NCBI GenBank assembly: GCA_963724765.1
Contig: CAVRVY010000003.1
Coordinates: 1,408,001 to 1,472,000 of the forward strand
Direction: 5' to 3'
From: an uncultured delta proteobacterium
GTDB lineage: Bacteria; Desulfobacterota; Binatia; Binatales; Binataceae
Length of the DNA: 64,000 bases
The notes under the pieces were generated by a model that was not told the origin of the DNA, ran no database searches, and saw only the letters and a program-made list of their open reading frames with translations. Each line of letters begins with the position of its first letter. Positions within the stretch are counted from its first letter, which is position 1. Both the position numbers and the translations under genes were made by a program. Below are positions 43,467 to 53,134 of this stretch, in pieces.

Positions 43467-45092
43467 TCATCTGGGCGCCGCGCCGTCCGCCCTGCGCACC
43501 GCGAACAGGTCGTAGTAAGTGGTTCCGACGCGTGGATAGCGCTTGATCAGATTCAGGCATGGCCTCCCCCCGGCTCCGCCCCATCGCCGCTCGTCGCGGT
43601 CATCGATCATGAGATAATCGGCCAGGCGATGCGCCGCAAGCCACCCGCAAAGGTCCTCGCCCGCGGCAGGTTCGGCTGGCAGCGGAATAAAGCCGGCGCC
43701 GGCGTAAAAGGCCACCCGCGTGTCGGGTCCCGCCACAGTCGAAGGCGCGCCGCCGCGCCGTGCGATTTCCTCGCCGGCGTAACGCATCCCACGCTGATCG
43801 TAGCCGAGCGGGAACAGCGTGCGCGGCAACAGCGCGAGCGCGACCACGGCCACGACCATCGGACCCGCGAGCATGCGTCCCAGCGGCGAGTGAGTCAGCG
43901 ATAAGCGCGCGTCAAGCCATCCTGCCGCCTCGACCAGCCCGATCGCGACCCATCCGAGCGTAAATGGCACCAGGTGAAGCATCAGGCGCGGCCCGGTGTC
44001 GGTCAGCACGAAGCCCACGAAGTACATCACGACCAGCAGGGCAAGCATCGCCTCGGCCCAGCGCGCGGCAATCGCCTGGCCATTGGCCCACAGTCCGATA
44101 ATCAGTCCTACGCAAAGCAGCGGGCCGAGCGCCTGGGCGAACGAATAGCACGAGCCGAAAAAGTCGCGCCCGACTTTTTTCAGATAGGCCGCCGGATCGA
44201 GCCTGAGCGCGGTCAGCCAGGAGGTCGACGGCCTATAGCCCATCTCGCGCCATTGCTCGAGTTGGCCCATCGTCGAGCCGGTCGCCTCCATCGTCACCAC
44301 GCCGAGTTCGCGGCCGACCGTCCAGTGGCCCGTGTACGCGCGCATCCAGACCAGGTATGGCGCGGCGACCAGCAGGAATGTTGCGGTGAGGACGGCGGCG
44401 GCGCCGAGGCCCCATCGCAGAGTCCATCGCCGCCACACGAACGCGCCGCCGATCAGGATGACGACGGCCAAGGCGGGAACCCCGATTCCCTCGGTGCGAT
44501 AGAGGTAGCCGAGTCCGCAAAGAACCGCGGCGGCAGCGACGCTCGCGATACGTTTGCGTTCCACACCGCGGACCAGGAACAACATCGCCGCGGTTACCAG
44601 CGCGATGTAACCGGCCTCGGTGCGCACCGAGGCCGCGAAGCCCGCGAGCATCGGATGGATCGCGCCGAGCGCGGCAGCTCCGGCCGCCACGCCGCGGCGG
44701 CCATAAACCTCGAGCATCAGGAAATAGAGCAGCACGACGCCGGCCGTGCCGAATGCCATGGACAACAGCTCGCCGGCGAGTTCCCAGTTCGGAATTGCCC
44801 GATAGGTTATCGAAATTAGCCAGGGGTACAGTGGCGAGAATACCCAGGCGAGCGCGTTTTGGGCGCGCCCCGCGTGAAACTCGCGCGCCATCGCGATATA
44901 TGCGACGCCGTCAGCCGCGATGCAGTAGCTGGTGAGAAGCAGGTAGAGACGGATCAGCGCCGCCGCGGCTGCGAGCGCGCCGACTACGCGGCGCTCGGAG
45001 TAGCGCGACAGCCATCGCGTGAAGCGATCGGCGCCGACTAAGCCTTCGGGATACCTTTGCGCAAGCGAGGCGCCGCGAGTCACGAGCCCCAT
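43467..45092 (-). CDS. GT-C membrane glycosyltransferase (family 39/ArnT-like)
   Basis: DGVAYIAMA, PLYPWL, RTEA, YRTEG and many TM helices; adjacent to the GT2. Start uncertain. Confidence 0.78.
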   Translation of the reverse strand: MGLVTRGASLAQRYPEGLVGADRFTRWLSRYSERRVVGALAAAAALIRLYLLLTSYCIAADGVAYIAMAREFHAGRAQNALAWVFSPLYPWLISITYRAIPNWELAGELLSMAFGTAGVVLLYFLMLEVYGRRGVAAGAAALGAIHPMLAGFAASVRTEAGYIALVTAAMLFLVRGVERKRIASVAAAAVLCGLGYLYRTEGIGVPALAVVILIGGAFVWRRWTLRWGLGAAAVLTATFLLVAAPYLVWMRAYTGHWTVGRELGVVTMEATGSTMGQLEQWREMGYRPSTSWLTALRLDPAAYLKKVGRDFFGSCYSFAQALGPLLCVGLIIGLWANGQAIAARWAEAMLALLVVMYFVGFVLTDTGPRLMLHLVPFTLGWVAIGLVEAAGWLDARLSLTHSPLGRMLAGPMVVAVVALALLPRTLFPLGYDQRGMRYAGEEIARRGGAPSTVAGPDTRVAFYAGAGFIPLPAEPAAGEDLCGWLAAHRLADYLMIDDRDERRWGGAGGRPCLNLIKRYPRVGTTYYDLFAVRRADGAAPR

Positions 45093-45275
45093 CACGTCCC
45101 CGTATCCTACGCGTTCGGGACGCAAGGGCGAACCGCCACGGCGATAGCGCACCGGCGCCGAGCCGCGCGCAGTCATTTTTTCTGGCCCGGTGCGTGACCC
45201 GCTTCGTGACCTGCGACTTGGGGCAGGCCCTATCCGGGCCCGCCCCAAGTGGCTAAGAAAGTGAGCTTGCGGACA

Positions 45276-45476
45276 CTAGCGGCGCAATACCTTGGCGGCC
45301 TGAAGCCCTTTGGGCCCCTGGGCGACCTCGAATTGGACTTCCTCGCCTTGCTCCAGCGAGCGGAAGCCGTTGCCGTCGATGGAAGTGTAGTGGACGAATA
45401 CCTCCTGTCCGTCTTCCATAGTAATGAAGCCGTAGCCTTTCTTGGAACTGAACCACTTGACTACACCGTTAGACAT
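45276..45476 (-). CDS. cspA: Cold-shock protein
   Basis: GVVKWFSSKKGYGFI (RNP1), VFVHY (RNP2) and GPKGLQA. Confidence 0.95.
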   Translation of the reverse strand: MSNGVVKWFSSKKGYGFITMEDGQEVFVHYTSIDGNGFRSLEQGEEVQFEVAQGPKGLQAAKVLRR

Positions 45477-45650
45477 CTCCCCCGAGACCTCCTAGCCCGT
45501 AACCGTTCCTCCTCGTAACTGGCCCGCGAGGGCCTCCTGCCCATATGGGTCACCGGCGCGCATATACCATAACGGCGCGCCTCAAACCAAGCGGAATGAT
45601 GTATTTTTGCCGCGACTTATCGAACAGGCTATCGGGCGCGAAAGAACTGC

Positions 45651-45941
45651 CTAGCCGCGCCAGAAACGCGGGCGGGCGTGGATATGACAATGGTCGGGAA
45701 TCTGGCGCATCACTCCGTCTATAACGAATTTGTCGTCGCCATACTTGGCGCGCGCCACTGCCGAGAGCGCGTCGATCATGAGGGCGCGCTCGGCCTCAGT
45801 CGCGGTGGCGCGATGCTCTCCGAGCACCGCCATCGGCGTGTCGCACGAGTCGCAATCGAGAATAGTGAACGCCACGGGATGGACGAAGCGGGCGTAATGT
45901 TGGGTATACTCGCGCAGCTCGCAGAGTTCGCACTTGGCCAT
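45651..45941 (-). CDS. Small HIT-like, putative Zn-binding protein
   Basis: CELC, CDSC and C-terminal QIPDHCHIHAR (HxHxH). Confidence 0.7.
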   Translation of the reverse strand: MAKCELCELREYTQHYARFVHPVAFTILDCDSCDTPMAVLGEHRATATEAERALMIDALSAVARAKYGDDKFVIDGVMRQIPDHCHIHARPRFWRG

Positions 45942-46014
45942 GAGTCAAGATTTAGCCGCTAGTGATTGGCGCAACAAGAGAGCTTTGCGTAACTGACAGC
46001 GTCCCTTCTAATGT

Positions 46015-46157
46015 CCTCTCCTTGTCCAAGGAGAAGGTTAGGGAGAGGTTCGATCGATTTCGCGACCCGCTCGAAATGGCTGTGGCGCAACGAAATTCGG
46101 ACGGACCTCTCCCGCGCTCGCGCTGCTTGCGGCAGCCTCTCCCTGGACAAGGAGAGG
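46015..46157. repeat. ~145-bp palindromic REP/MITE-like element, copy 2
   Basis: CCTCTCCTTGTCCAAGGAGAAGG...GACCTCTCCCGC...CCTCTCCCTGGACAAGGAGAGG; homologous to 28241-28388. Confidence 0.8.
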
Positions 46158-46221
46158 CTAAGGAAAGAGCCCGCGCTGCCGCGAGCCTGTCGCTCGCAGC
46201 GTACGTCAAAGTGCGCAAATC

Positions 46222-46512
46222 CTAATGCGCAGCGGGAGCCGCCGCCGGACTCGCCATCGCTGCGGGGCTCGCCATCGCCGCCGGGCTGGCCATGCCTGCG
46301 GCCGCCTTGGCGGCCTTGCGGCAGCGATAGACGCTGCTTTTGGAGATCTTCATGTCCTTGGCGACCTCGGAGACCTTCTTGCCGCCCTGGAGTTCCGTCA
46401 TCACCTGCGAGCAGTCAACCTTGCTGGCGGCGTAAGCGTTGGAGAGGCCGAACTGCAGGGCCAACGCGGCCGCGACGGCAAACGAGGCAACCAAAATCAG
46501 CTTTTTCTTCAC
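46222..46512 (-). CDS. Small secreted protein with an HTH-like core and (AMASPA)n tail
   Basis: GGAGGA RBS before GTG 46512; signal peptide ending AYA; VSEVAKDMKISKSSVYR; three MASPAA repeats. Confidence 0.78.
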   Translation of the reverse strand: MKKKLILVASFAVAAALALQFGLSNAYAASKVDCSQVMTELQGGKKVSEVAKDMKISKSSVYRCRKAAKAAAGMASPAAMASPAAMASPAAAPAAH

Positions 46513-46614
46513 GATGTTCCTCCGCGCGTTGAAGTGCCGTCTAAAAAAACCCACCGCAGTATCTCAAAAATGTCAAAGTTCTAAAAGGATAAAATCTAAA
46601 AAAGTTGGCCGCGG

Positions 46615-47631
46615 CTAGAACTCGATCATCACTTTGCTCTGGTTGGTAGGAAGCGCGAGCGCCGCAAAGGCCTTGGGCAGATCGTCGAGCCCCATCGTAT
46701 GCGTGATCATTGGCGCGGTGGCGACGCGGCCGGCCGCGAGCGCCGCAATCGCCATCTCGACCTCGGTCCGCTCCATGCCGAGCGAAAAGCGCATGTCCAG
46801 CTCCTTGCTCATCGCCGTGATCGGCGCAAAGCCGTCGTCTTCGGTGCACACGCCGATTATCACCACGCGGCTTGCGCGCTGCGCGTATGCGATCGCTTCA
46901 GCCATCGCACCCGGGGCGCCGATACACTCGAAAATCACCTGCGGTCCCGCGCCGGTAAGTGACTCGACCTTGCCAGCCGGATTATGCATGCGCGGGTCGA
47001 CCGCAGCGTCGGCGCCCATCTTGAGCGCAAGGCGGCGGCGAGACTCGCTGAGTTCGGAGACGACGATTGCGCGTGCGCCGGCGAAGCGCGCCCACAGCAT
47101 CGTGGCGATCCCGATCGGTCCCGCGCCCATCACCACGGCGCTCTCGCCCGCCTGGAAGCCAGCGCGATGCAGCCCGTGTAGTCCGACCACCAGCGGCTCG
47201 ACTGTGGCGGCCTCGCGAAAGCTCATCCCCGGCGGCATCTTGAACACGCTCCCCGGCCGGGTTTTCACCAGCTCCGCGTAGGCGCCCGGGACCTCGCCGA
47301 AGCCGACCAGCCTGACCTCGCGGCAGCGCTGCGCCTCGCCTAAACGGCAGGGCTCGCAACCGCCGCATCCGACATACGACATCGCCACGACTGGGTCGCC
47401 GCGCTCGAAACCCTCGACGCCGTCGCCGAGCGTCTCGACGACGCCTGAGAATTCGTGGCCCATGATGGTTCCCGGCGGCATGCGGAAATTGCGCCCCGCG
47501 GCGTGCAGATCGGAGCCGCAAATGCCGGCGGCTTTCACCCGCACCACGAGTTCGCCTGGACCGGCGATCGGATCGGGAACCTCTGCGATCTCCAGCGGCG
47601 CGCCGGGGACCAGGTACACGCAAGCCTTCAT
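46615..47631 (-). CDS. Zinc-dependent alcohol/polyol dehydrogenase (MDR)
   Basis: GICGSDLH, GHEFSG, CGGCEPC...C and GAGPIG. True start ATG 47631 (MKACVY) overlaps the upstream TGA. Confidence 0.92.
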   Translation of the reverse strand: MKACVYLVPGAPLEIAEVPDPIAGPGELVVRVKAAGICGSDLHAAGRNFRMPPGTIMGHEFSGVVETLGDGVEGFERGDPVVAMSYVGCGGCEPCRLGEAQRCREVRLVGFGEVPGAYAELVKTRPGSVFKMPPGMSFREAATVEPLVVGLHGLHRAGFQAGESAVVMGAGPIGIATMLWARFAGARAIVVSELSESRRRLALKMGADAAVDPRMHNPAGKVESLTGAGPQVIFECIGAPGAMAEAIAYAQRASRVVIIGVCTEDDGFAPITAMSKELDMRFSLGMERTEVEMAIAALAAGRVATAPMITHTMGLDDLPKAFAALALPTNQSKVMIEF

Positions 47632-48431
47632 TTGCTGCGGGTGCTTGGGAACGACGGGACGCGCCGATCCTTGAGCGCCGCCACGCCCTCGTGCAGGTCG
47701 TCGCTGAAAAATCCCAGCATCTCCATCGCCAACAACGCGTCGAAGGCTGGCCCGAACATCCGGAGCCAGTTGTTGAGCGAGCGCTTGGTGAAGCGCAACG
47801 CCTGCTGCGGGCCGCGGGCGAGCTTTTGCGCGACCTCCATCGCCTTGTCCATCAACTGATCGGCCGGCACGCACAGACTGACCAGGCCGACGCGCTCGGC
47901 CTCCTTGCCGTCGATGAAATCGGCGGTGAGCAGGTAGTACTTGGCCTTGGCCATCCCGCACAGCAGCGGCCAGATGATCACCGCATGGTCGCCGGCGCCC
48001 ACGCCGAGGCGGATATGGCCATCCGTGATGCGCATGTTCTCCGACGCGATCGAAATGTCCGCCATGAACGCCACCGCGAGGCCGGCGCCCACGGCGACGC
48101 CGTTGATCGCGGAGATGATCGGCTTGTCGAGATTGATCATGTTGTAGACGATGTCGCCGGCCTCGCGCCACGCCTGCCCGATGTTGGCCGCGCTGCCCGC
48201 CATCCGCTCGATCATCTCAAGGTCGCCGCCGGCCGAGAACGCGCGCCCCTTGCCGGTGATCACGACCACGCGGGTTTCGGCGTCCTCGTCGATATCTTTC
48301 CAGACCCGGCTCAACTCCCAGTGCAGGAGGTTGTTGGTGGCGTTGAGAACGTCGGGACGGTTGATCGTGATGAGCAGGATTCCGTCGTCGCGGTGCTCGA
48401 AGAGCAGATGCTGATATTCTTCGTATTTCAT
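47628..48431 (-). CDS. Enoyl-CoA hydratase/isomerase family protein
   Basis: [27 protein letters not shown] and [13 protein letters not shown]. Confidence 0.92.
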   Translation of the reverse strand: MKYEEYQHLLFEHRDDGILLITINRPDVLNATNNLLHWELSRVWKDIDEDAETRVVVITGKGRAFSAGGDLEMIERMAGSAANIGQAWREAGDIVYNMINLDKPIISAINGVAVGAGLAVAFMADISIASENMRITDGHIRLGVGAGDHAVIIWPLLCGMAKAKYYLLTADFIDGKEAERVGLVSLCVPADQLMDKAMEVAQKLARGPQQALRFTKRSLNNWLRMFGPAFDALLAMEMLGFFSDDLHEGVAALKDRRVPSFPSTRSK

Positions 48432-48554
48432 CGGAGCCTCCGAATCGATTGGCTGGTGTCTTCCTTAGCGCAGCGCGCGCGTTTCCTCAAAGCGCTGCGG
48501 CGCTTGAGGATAATCGAAACGGCGCAATCCGGCGAACCGCGCGCGCTCAGGCTA

Positions 48555-49850
48555 TCACGAAGGGTTCAGAGTCATGCGGCGCGGAGAGGTTGTGGCCTGC
48601 ACCGTCGGCAGGAATCGTTCCTTGAACGCCTCGGCGGAGAGCTTCGCGCGCGCGGCGAGCCGCGACAGCGCCGGCTCCTCGAAGTCCTGCGGCTCGAGCC
48701 GCGTCATATATGAGCGCGCGACCTCGTACGACTCGGTGCTCACGTCGACCAGGCGCACCCTGATCCGTCCGGTGGTCGGGTCGACGAGTTCGGCAAAATC
48801 GACCGGCGTCACGCGCCCGCCCGCGATCGCGATGAGCGCGCCCGAACCTCCGCTTAGCAGATAGCGCACTGCGCCATAGCCGAGCGTACGCGTATATTCG
48901 GCGTCGAACGGCAAGGGCTTCGCGCAGCGCAACTCGTAGCCGATGTCCTTGGTGACCACGGTGGCCCCGATCCCGAGTTGCTTGAGCGCCGCGCGCACGC
49001 GGTCGCGCAGCAGGTAGCCGAGCGGGATGTCCGCGATATGCACGTGGCCGTAAGCGTCGGCCTCGGAGCCCACCGCATTGGGCAGGGTGCCGGGGTCCAT
49101 CCGCTCGGCGATACCTTCGGCGACTACCGCCACGCCGTCGTCATAGCCCTCGGCGAGGCGTTTGATTATCGCGCCCACGATAGTGTCGACGACCAGCGAA
49201 AGCTCAAAGCGCTCGCCGTGGAACTCCTCCAGGATGACCGCCAGCGTTGCGCCGGAGGACTTGCACATGCTGAGCGCGAGCGAACCGGATTTCCGGCCCA
49301 TCGAGATTGCGAGGTACCATCTGCCGGTGGTGCGCGCGTCCACCATCAGCGATTCGACGATCGTGGTGCCGACGGCGCGCGCGGTCTCGAAACCAAAGGT
49401 CGGGGCATTCTCGGGCAGTGGCAGATCGTTGTCGATCGTTTTCGGTACCGTGACCACGCCGATTTTGCCGCGGGTGCGCTCGGCGATTCTGAAGGCGCCG
49501 TAGGTCGTGTCGTCGCCGCCGATACAGACCAGGTAGCGGATGCCGAGCGTCTCCAGCGCGCCGATCGCGCGCGTGAGGCTCGCTTCATCGCGCGCCGGGT
49601 TGGTGCGCGAGGTGCGCAGGATCGAACCCCCGGTGGAATGGACCTGGCTCACCTCGTCGAGCTTGAGTTCGACCACGTGCGAGGTGTCGCCCTCGACCAG
49701 CCATCGATAGCCGTCGCGCAGCCCCACTACGCGCAGGCCGCAGTTAATCGCCTCGATCGCGGCCGAAGAAATCACCCCGTTGATTCCGGGGGCGGGCCCC
49801 CCACCGACCAGAATCCCAAGAGTGGCCTGGCTATCACCGTCGCGCTGCAT
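48555..49850 (-). CDS. pfp: Pyrophosphate-dependent phosphofructokinase
   Basis: GGGPAPG, GGDDT (PPi-specifying Asp), PKTIDND, MGR and GYELRC. Confidence 0.88.
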   Translation of the reverse strand: MQRDGDSQATLGILVGGGPAPGINGVISSAAIEAINCGLRVVGLRDGYRWLVEGDTSHVVELKLDEVSQVHSTGGSILRTSRTNPARDEASLTRAIGALETLGIRYLVCIGGDDTTYGAFRIAERTRGKIGVVTVPKTIDNDLPLPENAPTFGFETARAVGTTIVESLMVDARTTGRWYLAISMGRKSGSLALSMCKSSGATLAVILEEFHGERFELSLVVDTIVGAIIKRLAEGYDDGVAVVAEGIAERMDPGTLPNAVGSEADAYGHVHIADIPLGYLLRDRVRAALKQLGIGATVVTKDIGYELRCAKPLPFDAEYTRTLGYGAVRYLLSGGSGALIAIAGGRVTPVDFAELVDPTTGRIRVRLVDVSTESYEVARSYMTRLEPQDFEEPALSRLAARAKLSAEAFKERFLPTVQATTSPRRMTLNPS

Positions 49851-49909
49851 CGTTGAAAACCTTTGCCGGGCGCTCGTGATCGCCGGGCGGTACGGCGCGG
49901 GCGGCGCGA

Positions 49910-50836
49910 TCAGCGCGCGGACGCGCCCGCATAAATATCCATGATGGTGCCGAGCAGCTTGATCGCTTCGGCGCGCGGGCGCTGAAACGAGTTGCGCCCG
50001 ATGATCGAGCCGAAACCGCCGCCAGCCTTAATCGCGCGCACTTCGTCGAGCAGCTTTTCGTCGCTGACTTTCGGACCGCCCGAGAAGATCACGATACGGC
50101 GGCCGTCGAAACAGCTCTGCACGACGTTGGCGACGCGTGAGGCCTGCGTATCGAGCGGTACGCGGTTGGTCTCGTACGCCTTTTTGGCTTCGGGCTGCTC
50201 CAGATGCGCGGTCGGCAGCTTGACCTTAATGATGTTGGCGCCGAGCTGCGCCGCGATCTGCGCCGCGTAGGCGACCACGTCGATAGCGGTCTCGCCTTCC
50301 TTGCTGATGCCCGAGCCGCGCGGGTACGACCAGACCACCACCGCCAGGCCGTGCGCCTTGGCCTCCTCGGCGATCTCGCGCAACTGCTCGTACATCCGCA
50401 CGCACGCGGAAGAGCCGGGATAGATAGTGAAGCCGACCGCGGCGCAGCCCAGGCGCAGCGCATCCTTCACGCTGCCGGTGACGGCAGGTTCGGGGTCAGG
50501 CGAGTCGTGCAGCAGGTCATGGTTGTTGAGTTTGAGGATGAGCGGGATTTCACCGGCGAATTCGGCCGCGCCCGCCTCCAGGAAACCGAGCGGGGCTGCG
50601 TAGGCGTTGCATCCGGCGTCGCAGGCGAGCGAGAAATGGTAGCGCGGATCGTAGGCCGGCGGATTGGGCGCGAAACTGCGCGCCGGACCGTGCTCGAAGC
50701 CCTGGTCCACGGGCAGGATAACGAAGGTCCCGGTGCCTGCCAGCCGTCCGTGATTGATCATACGCGCAAGGTTGCTCAGCACGCCCGCGTTCTCTGAGCG
50801 GTAGAAATCCAGAATTTCCCTGGCACGCTTGGTCAT
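49910..50836 (-). CDS. fbaB: Class I fructose-bisphosphate aldolase (DhnA type)
   Basis: ILPVDQGFEHGP, VVWSYPRG, IIKVK and GSIIGRNSFQR. Confidence 0.93.
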   Translation of the reverse strand: MTKRAREILDFYRSENAGVLSNLARMINHGRLAGTGTFVILPVDQGFEHGPARSFAPNPPAYDPRYHFSLACDAGCNAYAAPLGFLEAGAAEFAGEIPLILKLNNHDLLHDSPDPEPAVTGSVKDALRLGCAAVGFTIYPGSSACVRMYEQLREIAEEAKAHGLAVVVWSYPRGSGISKEGETAIDVVAYAAQIAAQLGANIIKVKLPTAHLEQPEAKKAYETNRVPLDTQASRVANVVQSCFDGRRIVIFSGGPKVSDEKLLDEVRAIKAGGGFGSIIGRNSFQRPRAEAIKLLGTIMDIYAGASAR

Positions 50837-50893
50837 AACCGCCTCCAATTCACAATTCGATGTTCCGAGTACCGCGTCCCGTGTGCGTTAACA

Positions 50894-51898
50894 TCATAGC
50901 ATCTCCATCGCGCAACGAGCGGCTCCTGCCAGCGCCGCGGCCGGATTGAGCGAGACCCGCACCGGAATCCTTGCCAATACTTTATCGAGCCGGCCCTTGG
51001 CGATAAAGGCGCGCACGAATCCACCCGTATTGAGCGTCGCGAGAATCTTGGGCGCGATCCCGCCGCCGAGATAGACCCCCCCCAGCGCCATGAACTTCAA
51101 CGCCAGGTTGGCCGCCTCTGCGCCGTAAATATCGACGAAGATTCTCAGCGCCTCGACGCATCGAGGGTCGCGGCTTTTGAGCGCGGATTCACTGATTACC
51201 GCCGCCGCATCGGTGGCGCCGGCAAACTCATCGGCTAGCCATTGCGGCTCGGGGTCCGGCGTGCGCGCCTTGAGAAAGTTGTAGATGTTGACCAGTCCCG
51301 GCCCCGACAGCACGCGCTCGAAACTTACGTGGTCGAATTCGCCGCTCAGATACTCGAGCAGTTCGATCTGTTCGCGGCCACGCGGCGCGAAGTCCGCGTG
51401 ACCGCCCTCGGAGGCGACCGATCGCCAGCGCCCGTCCTCGAGCGGCACCAGCCCGGCCTCACCGAGACCGGTGCCCGCCGCGATTACCGCGATCGGCGCG
51501 CGCGAGGCCGGCGGATCGCCGGGCTGGAGCACCGCTATTTCGCTCTCCTGGAGTTGGAGCATTCCGTAGGCGGTCGCCTCGAGGTCGTTGATCAGCCGCG
51601 CGCCAGGCACGCCGAGCGCGCGCGCCAGCTCCCGCTCTTCCATCGTCCACGGTACGTTGGTCGCGTGACTGACGCCGCCGATGATCGGCCCCGGCACGCC
51701 GAAGCAGGCGGCGTCGATCGCCCATGCGCCGCTCAAAAAGTCGCTGGCGACCTCTTCGAGAGTTTTGAAATCGCGCGTCGTGTAATGTTTTTCGCGCAGC
51801 AGCGCCGGCGCTCCGCCCTCGACCCGGTAAAGGCCCAGCAGGGTCTTGGTGCCGCCGATATCTCCCGCCAAAACCGCCGCCTTGGTCCGCAACGCCAT
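50894..51898 (-). CDS. glk: Glucokinase
   Basis: GDIGGTKT, LINDLEA, GTGLG, SEGGH, ERVLSGPG and GGGIAPK. Confidence 0.93.
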   Translation of the reverse strand: MALRTKAAVLAGDIGGTKTLLGLYRVEGGAPALLREKHYTTRDFKTLEEVASDFLSGAWAIDAACFGVPGPIIGGVSHATNVPWTMEERELARALGVPGARLINDLEATAYGMLQLQESEIAVLQPGDPPASRAPIAVIAAGTGLGEAGLVPLEDGRWRSVASEGGHADFAPRGREQIELLEYLSGEFDHVSFERVLSGPGLVNIYNFLKARTPDPEPQWLADEFAGATDAAAVISESALKSRDPRCVEALRIFVDIYGAEAANLALKFMALGGVYLGGGIAPKILATLNTGGFVRAFIAKGRLDKVLARIPVRVSLNPAAALAGAARCAMEML

Positions 51899-51900
51899 CG

Positions 51901-52914
51901 TTAGCCGCCTTCAGCCTTGAGCTGTTCCGCCAGCGCGACTTCCTCGGCACTGCCGATATAGACCGGCACGCGTTCGTGGATGCTGGAGGGGATGAAATCG
52001 AGCACGCGTCCGCGCCCGGTGGAGCCGGCGCCGCCGGCCTGCTCGGCCAGCATGGAGAGCGGCGCGACCTCGTACAGCAGGCGCAGCTTGCCCTTGCTCT
52101 TGCCGCCCGCGCTCACCTCGCCGGGGTAGAGAAAGATTCCGCCGGTCAACAGGCAGCGATGGAAATCGCCGACGAACGCGCCGCAGTAGCGCAGCGAGTA
52201 GCCGCCGCCCTTGTCCTTGGGTCCGGTCAGGCGTTCCAGCAGCGCGCGCGCCCCCGGATGCCATCGCGCGGCGTTGGCCTGGTTGACCGCGTAGGTTTTG
52301 CCGCGCGCCGGCATCCGGATCTTCTCGCGCCATAGCACGAACTCGCCGATTTCGCGCTCCAGCACGAATGCGTTGACGCCGTCGCCCGCCGTCCACACCA
52401 GCATCGTGGCCGGCCCATAGAGCGCGTAGCCCGCCGCGATCTGCTCGGTGCCGGCGCCGAGCGCGTCCGCGATATCGTCGCCGTGGCCGTGCTTGCGCCG
52501 GCGTACCGCAAAGATCGTCCCGAGCGAGCCGTTGACCCCGATGTTGGAGGAACCGTCGAGCGGATCGTAGAGCAAGGCATAGGAATCGTGCGGGTGTTGC
52601 ACTTGGGTATGTCGCGGCTCTTCTATCTCTTCCGAAATCAGCGTGCATATCGGGTGGCCGCCCGCGAATGAATCGAGAAACACGTTGTTGGACCAGGTGT
52701 CGAGTTTTTCGACCTGCTCGCCCTGCACGTTGGTTGCTCCGCTTAAGCCCAGCTCGCCCCGCAGCGCGGCTACCGCAAGCTCATTGGAAATTCGCTTGAC
52801 GGCGAGCGCCACGTGTTCCAGGGTCGCGCTCAATTTCGCTTCTATTCGCGGCCTGGTCATGCGCAGATAGCGGTCCAAACTGATCATCGATACGTCAGCC
52901 GACGGGTTAGCCAT
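51901..52914 (-). CDS. fbp: Class 1 fructose-1,6-bisphosphatase
   Basis: NVQGEQVEKLD, SEE, DPLDGSSN, RYCG and GKLRLLYE. Confidence 0.92.
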   Translation of the reverse strand: MANPSADVSMISLDRYLRMTRPRIEAKLSATLEHVALAVKRISNELAVAALRGELGLSGATNVQGEQVEKLDTWSNNVFLDSFAGGHPICTLISEEIEEPRHTQVQHPHDSYALLYDPLDGSSNIGVNGSLGTIFAVRRRKHGHGDDIADALGAGTEQIAAGYALYGPATMLVWTAGDGVNAFVLEREIGEFVLWREKIRMPARGKTYAVNQANAARWHPGARALLERLTGPKDKGGGYSLRYCGAFVGDFHRCLLTGGIFLYPGEVSAGGKSKGKLRLLYEVAPLSMLAEQAGGAGSTGRGRVLDFIPSSIHERVPVYIGSAEEVALAEQLKAEGG

Positions 52915-53134
52915 TTTTGCCTCCGGTTGGCGATGCGATAAATGTGCGTTGAACCTCGCAGCGCCTCCCCTGTGCGGTCAGCGGCGCCATCGTATTTGAA
53001 CTTGTTTGGTCGTCGATCACCATCGCCGGCTGGAGTCCGCGCGTGTCAGCGCAGCGTATTCTCGAGGCTAACGCAATCCGCCAGATCTGCCTAGGGCAAT
53101 ATGCAGCCGTGGCGCATACGAATCCACATCGGTT

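Noticed and set aside
46615-48171. 518-aa extended dehydrogenase in the ORF track
   Set aside because: The N-terminal ~180 aa overlap the enoyl-CoA hydratase in another frame; the real start is ATG 47631.
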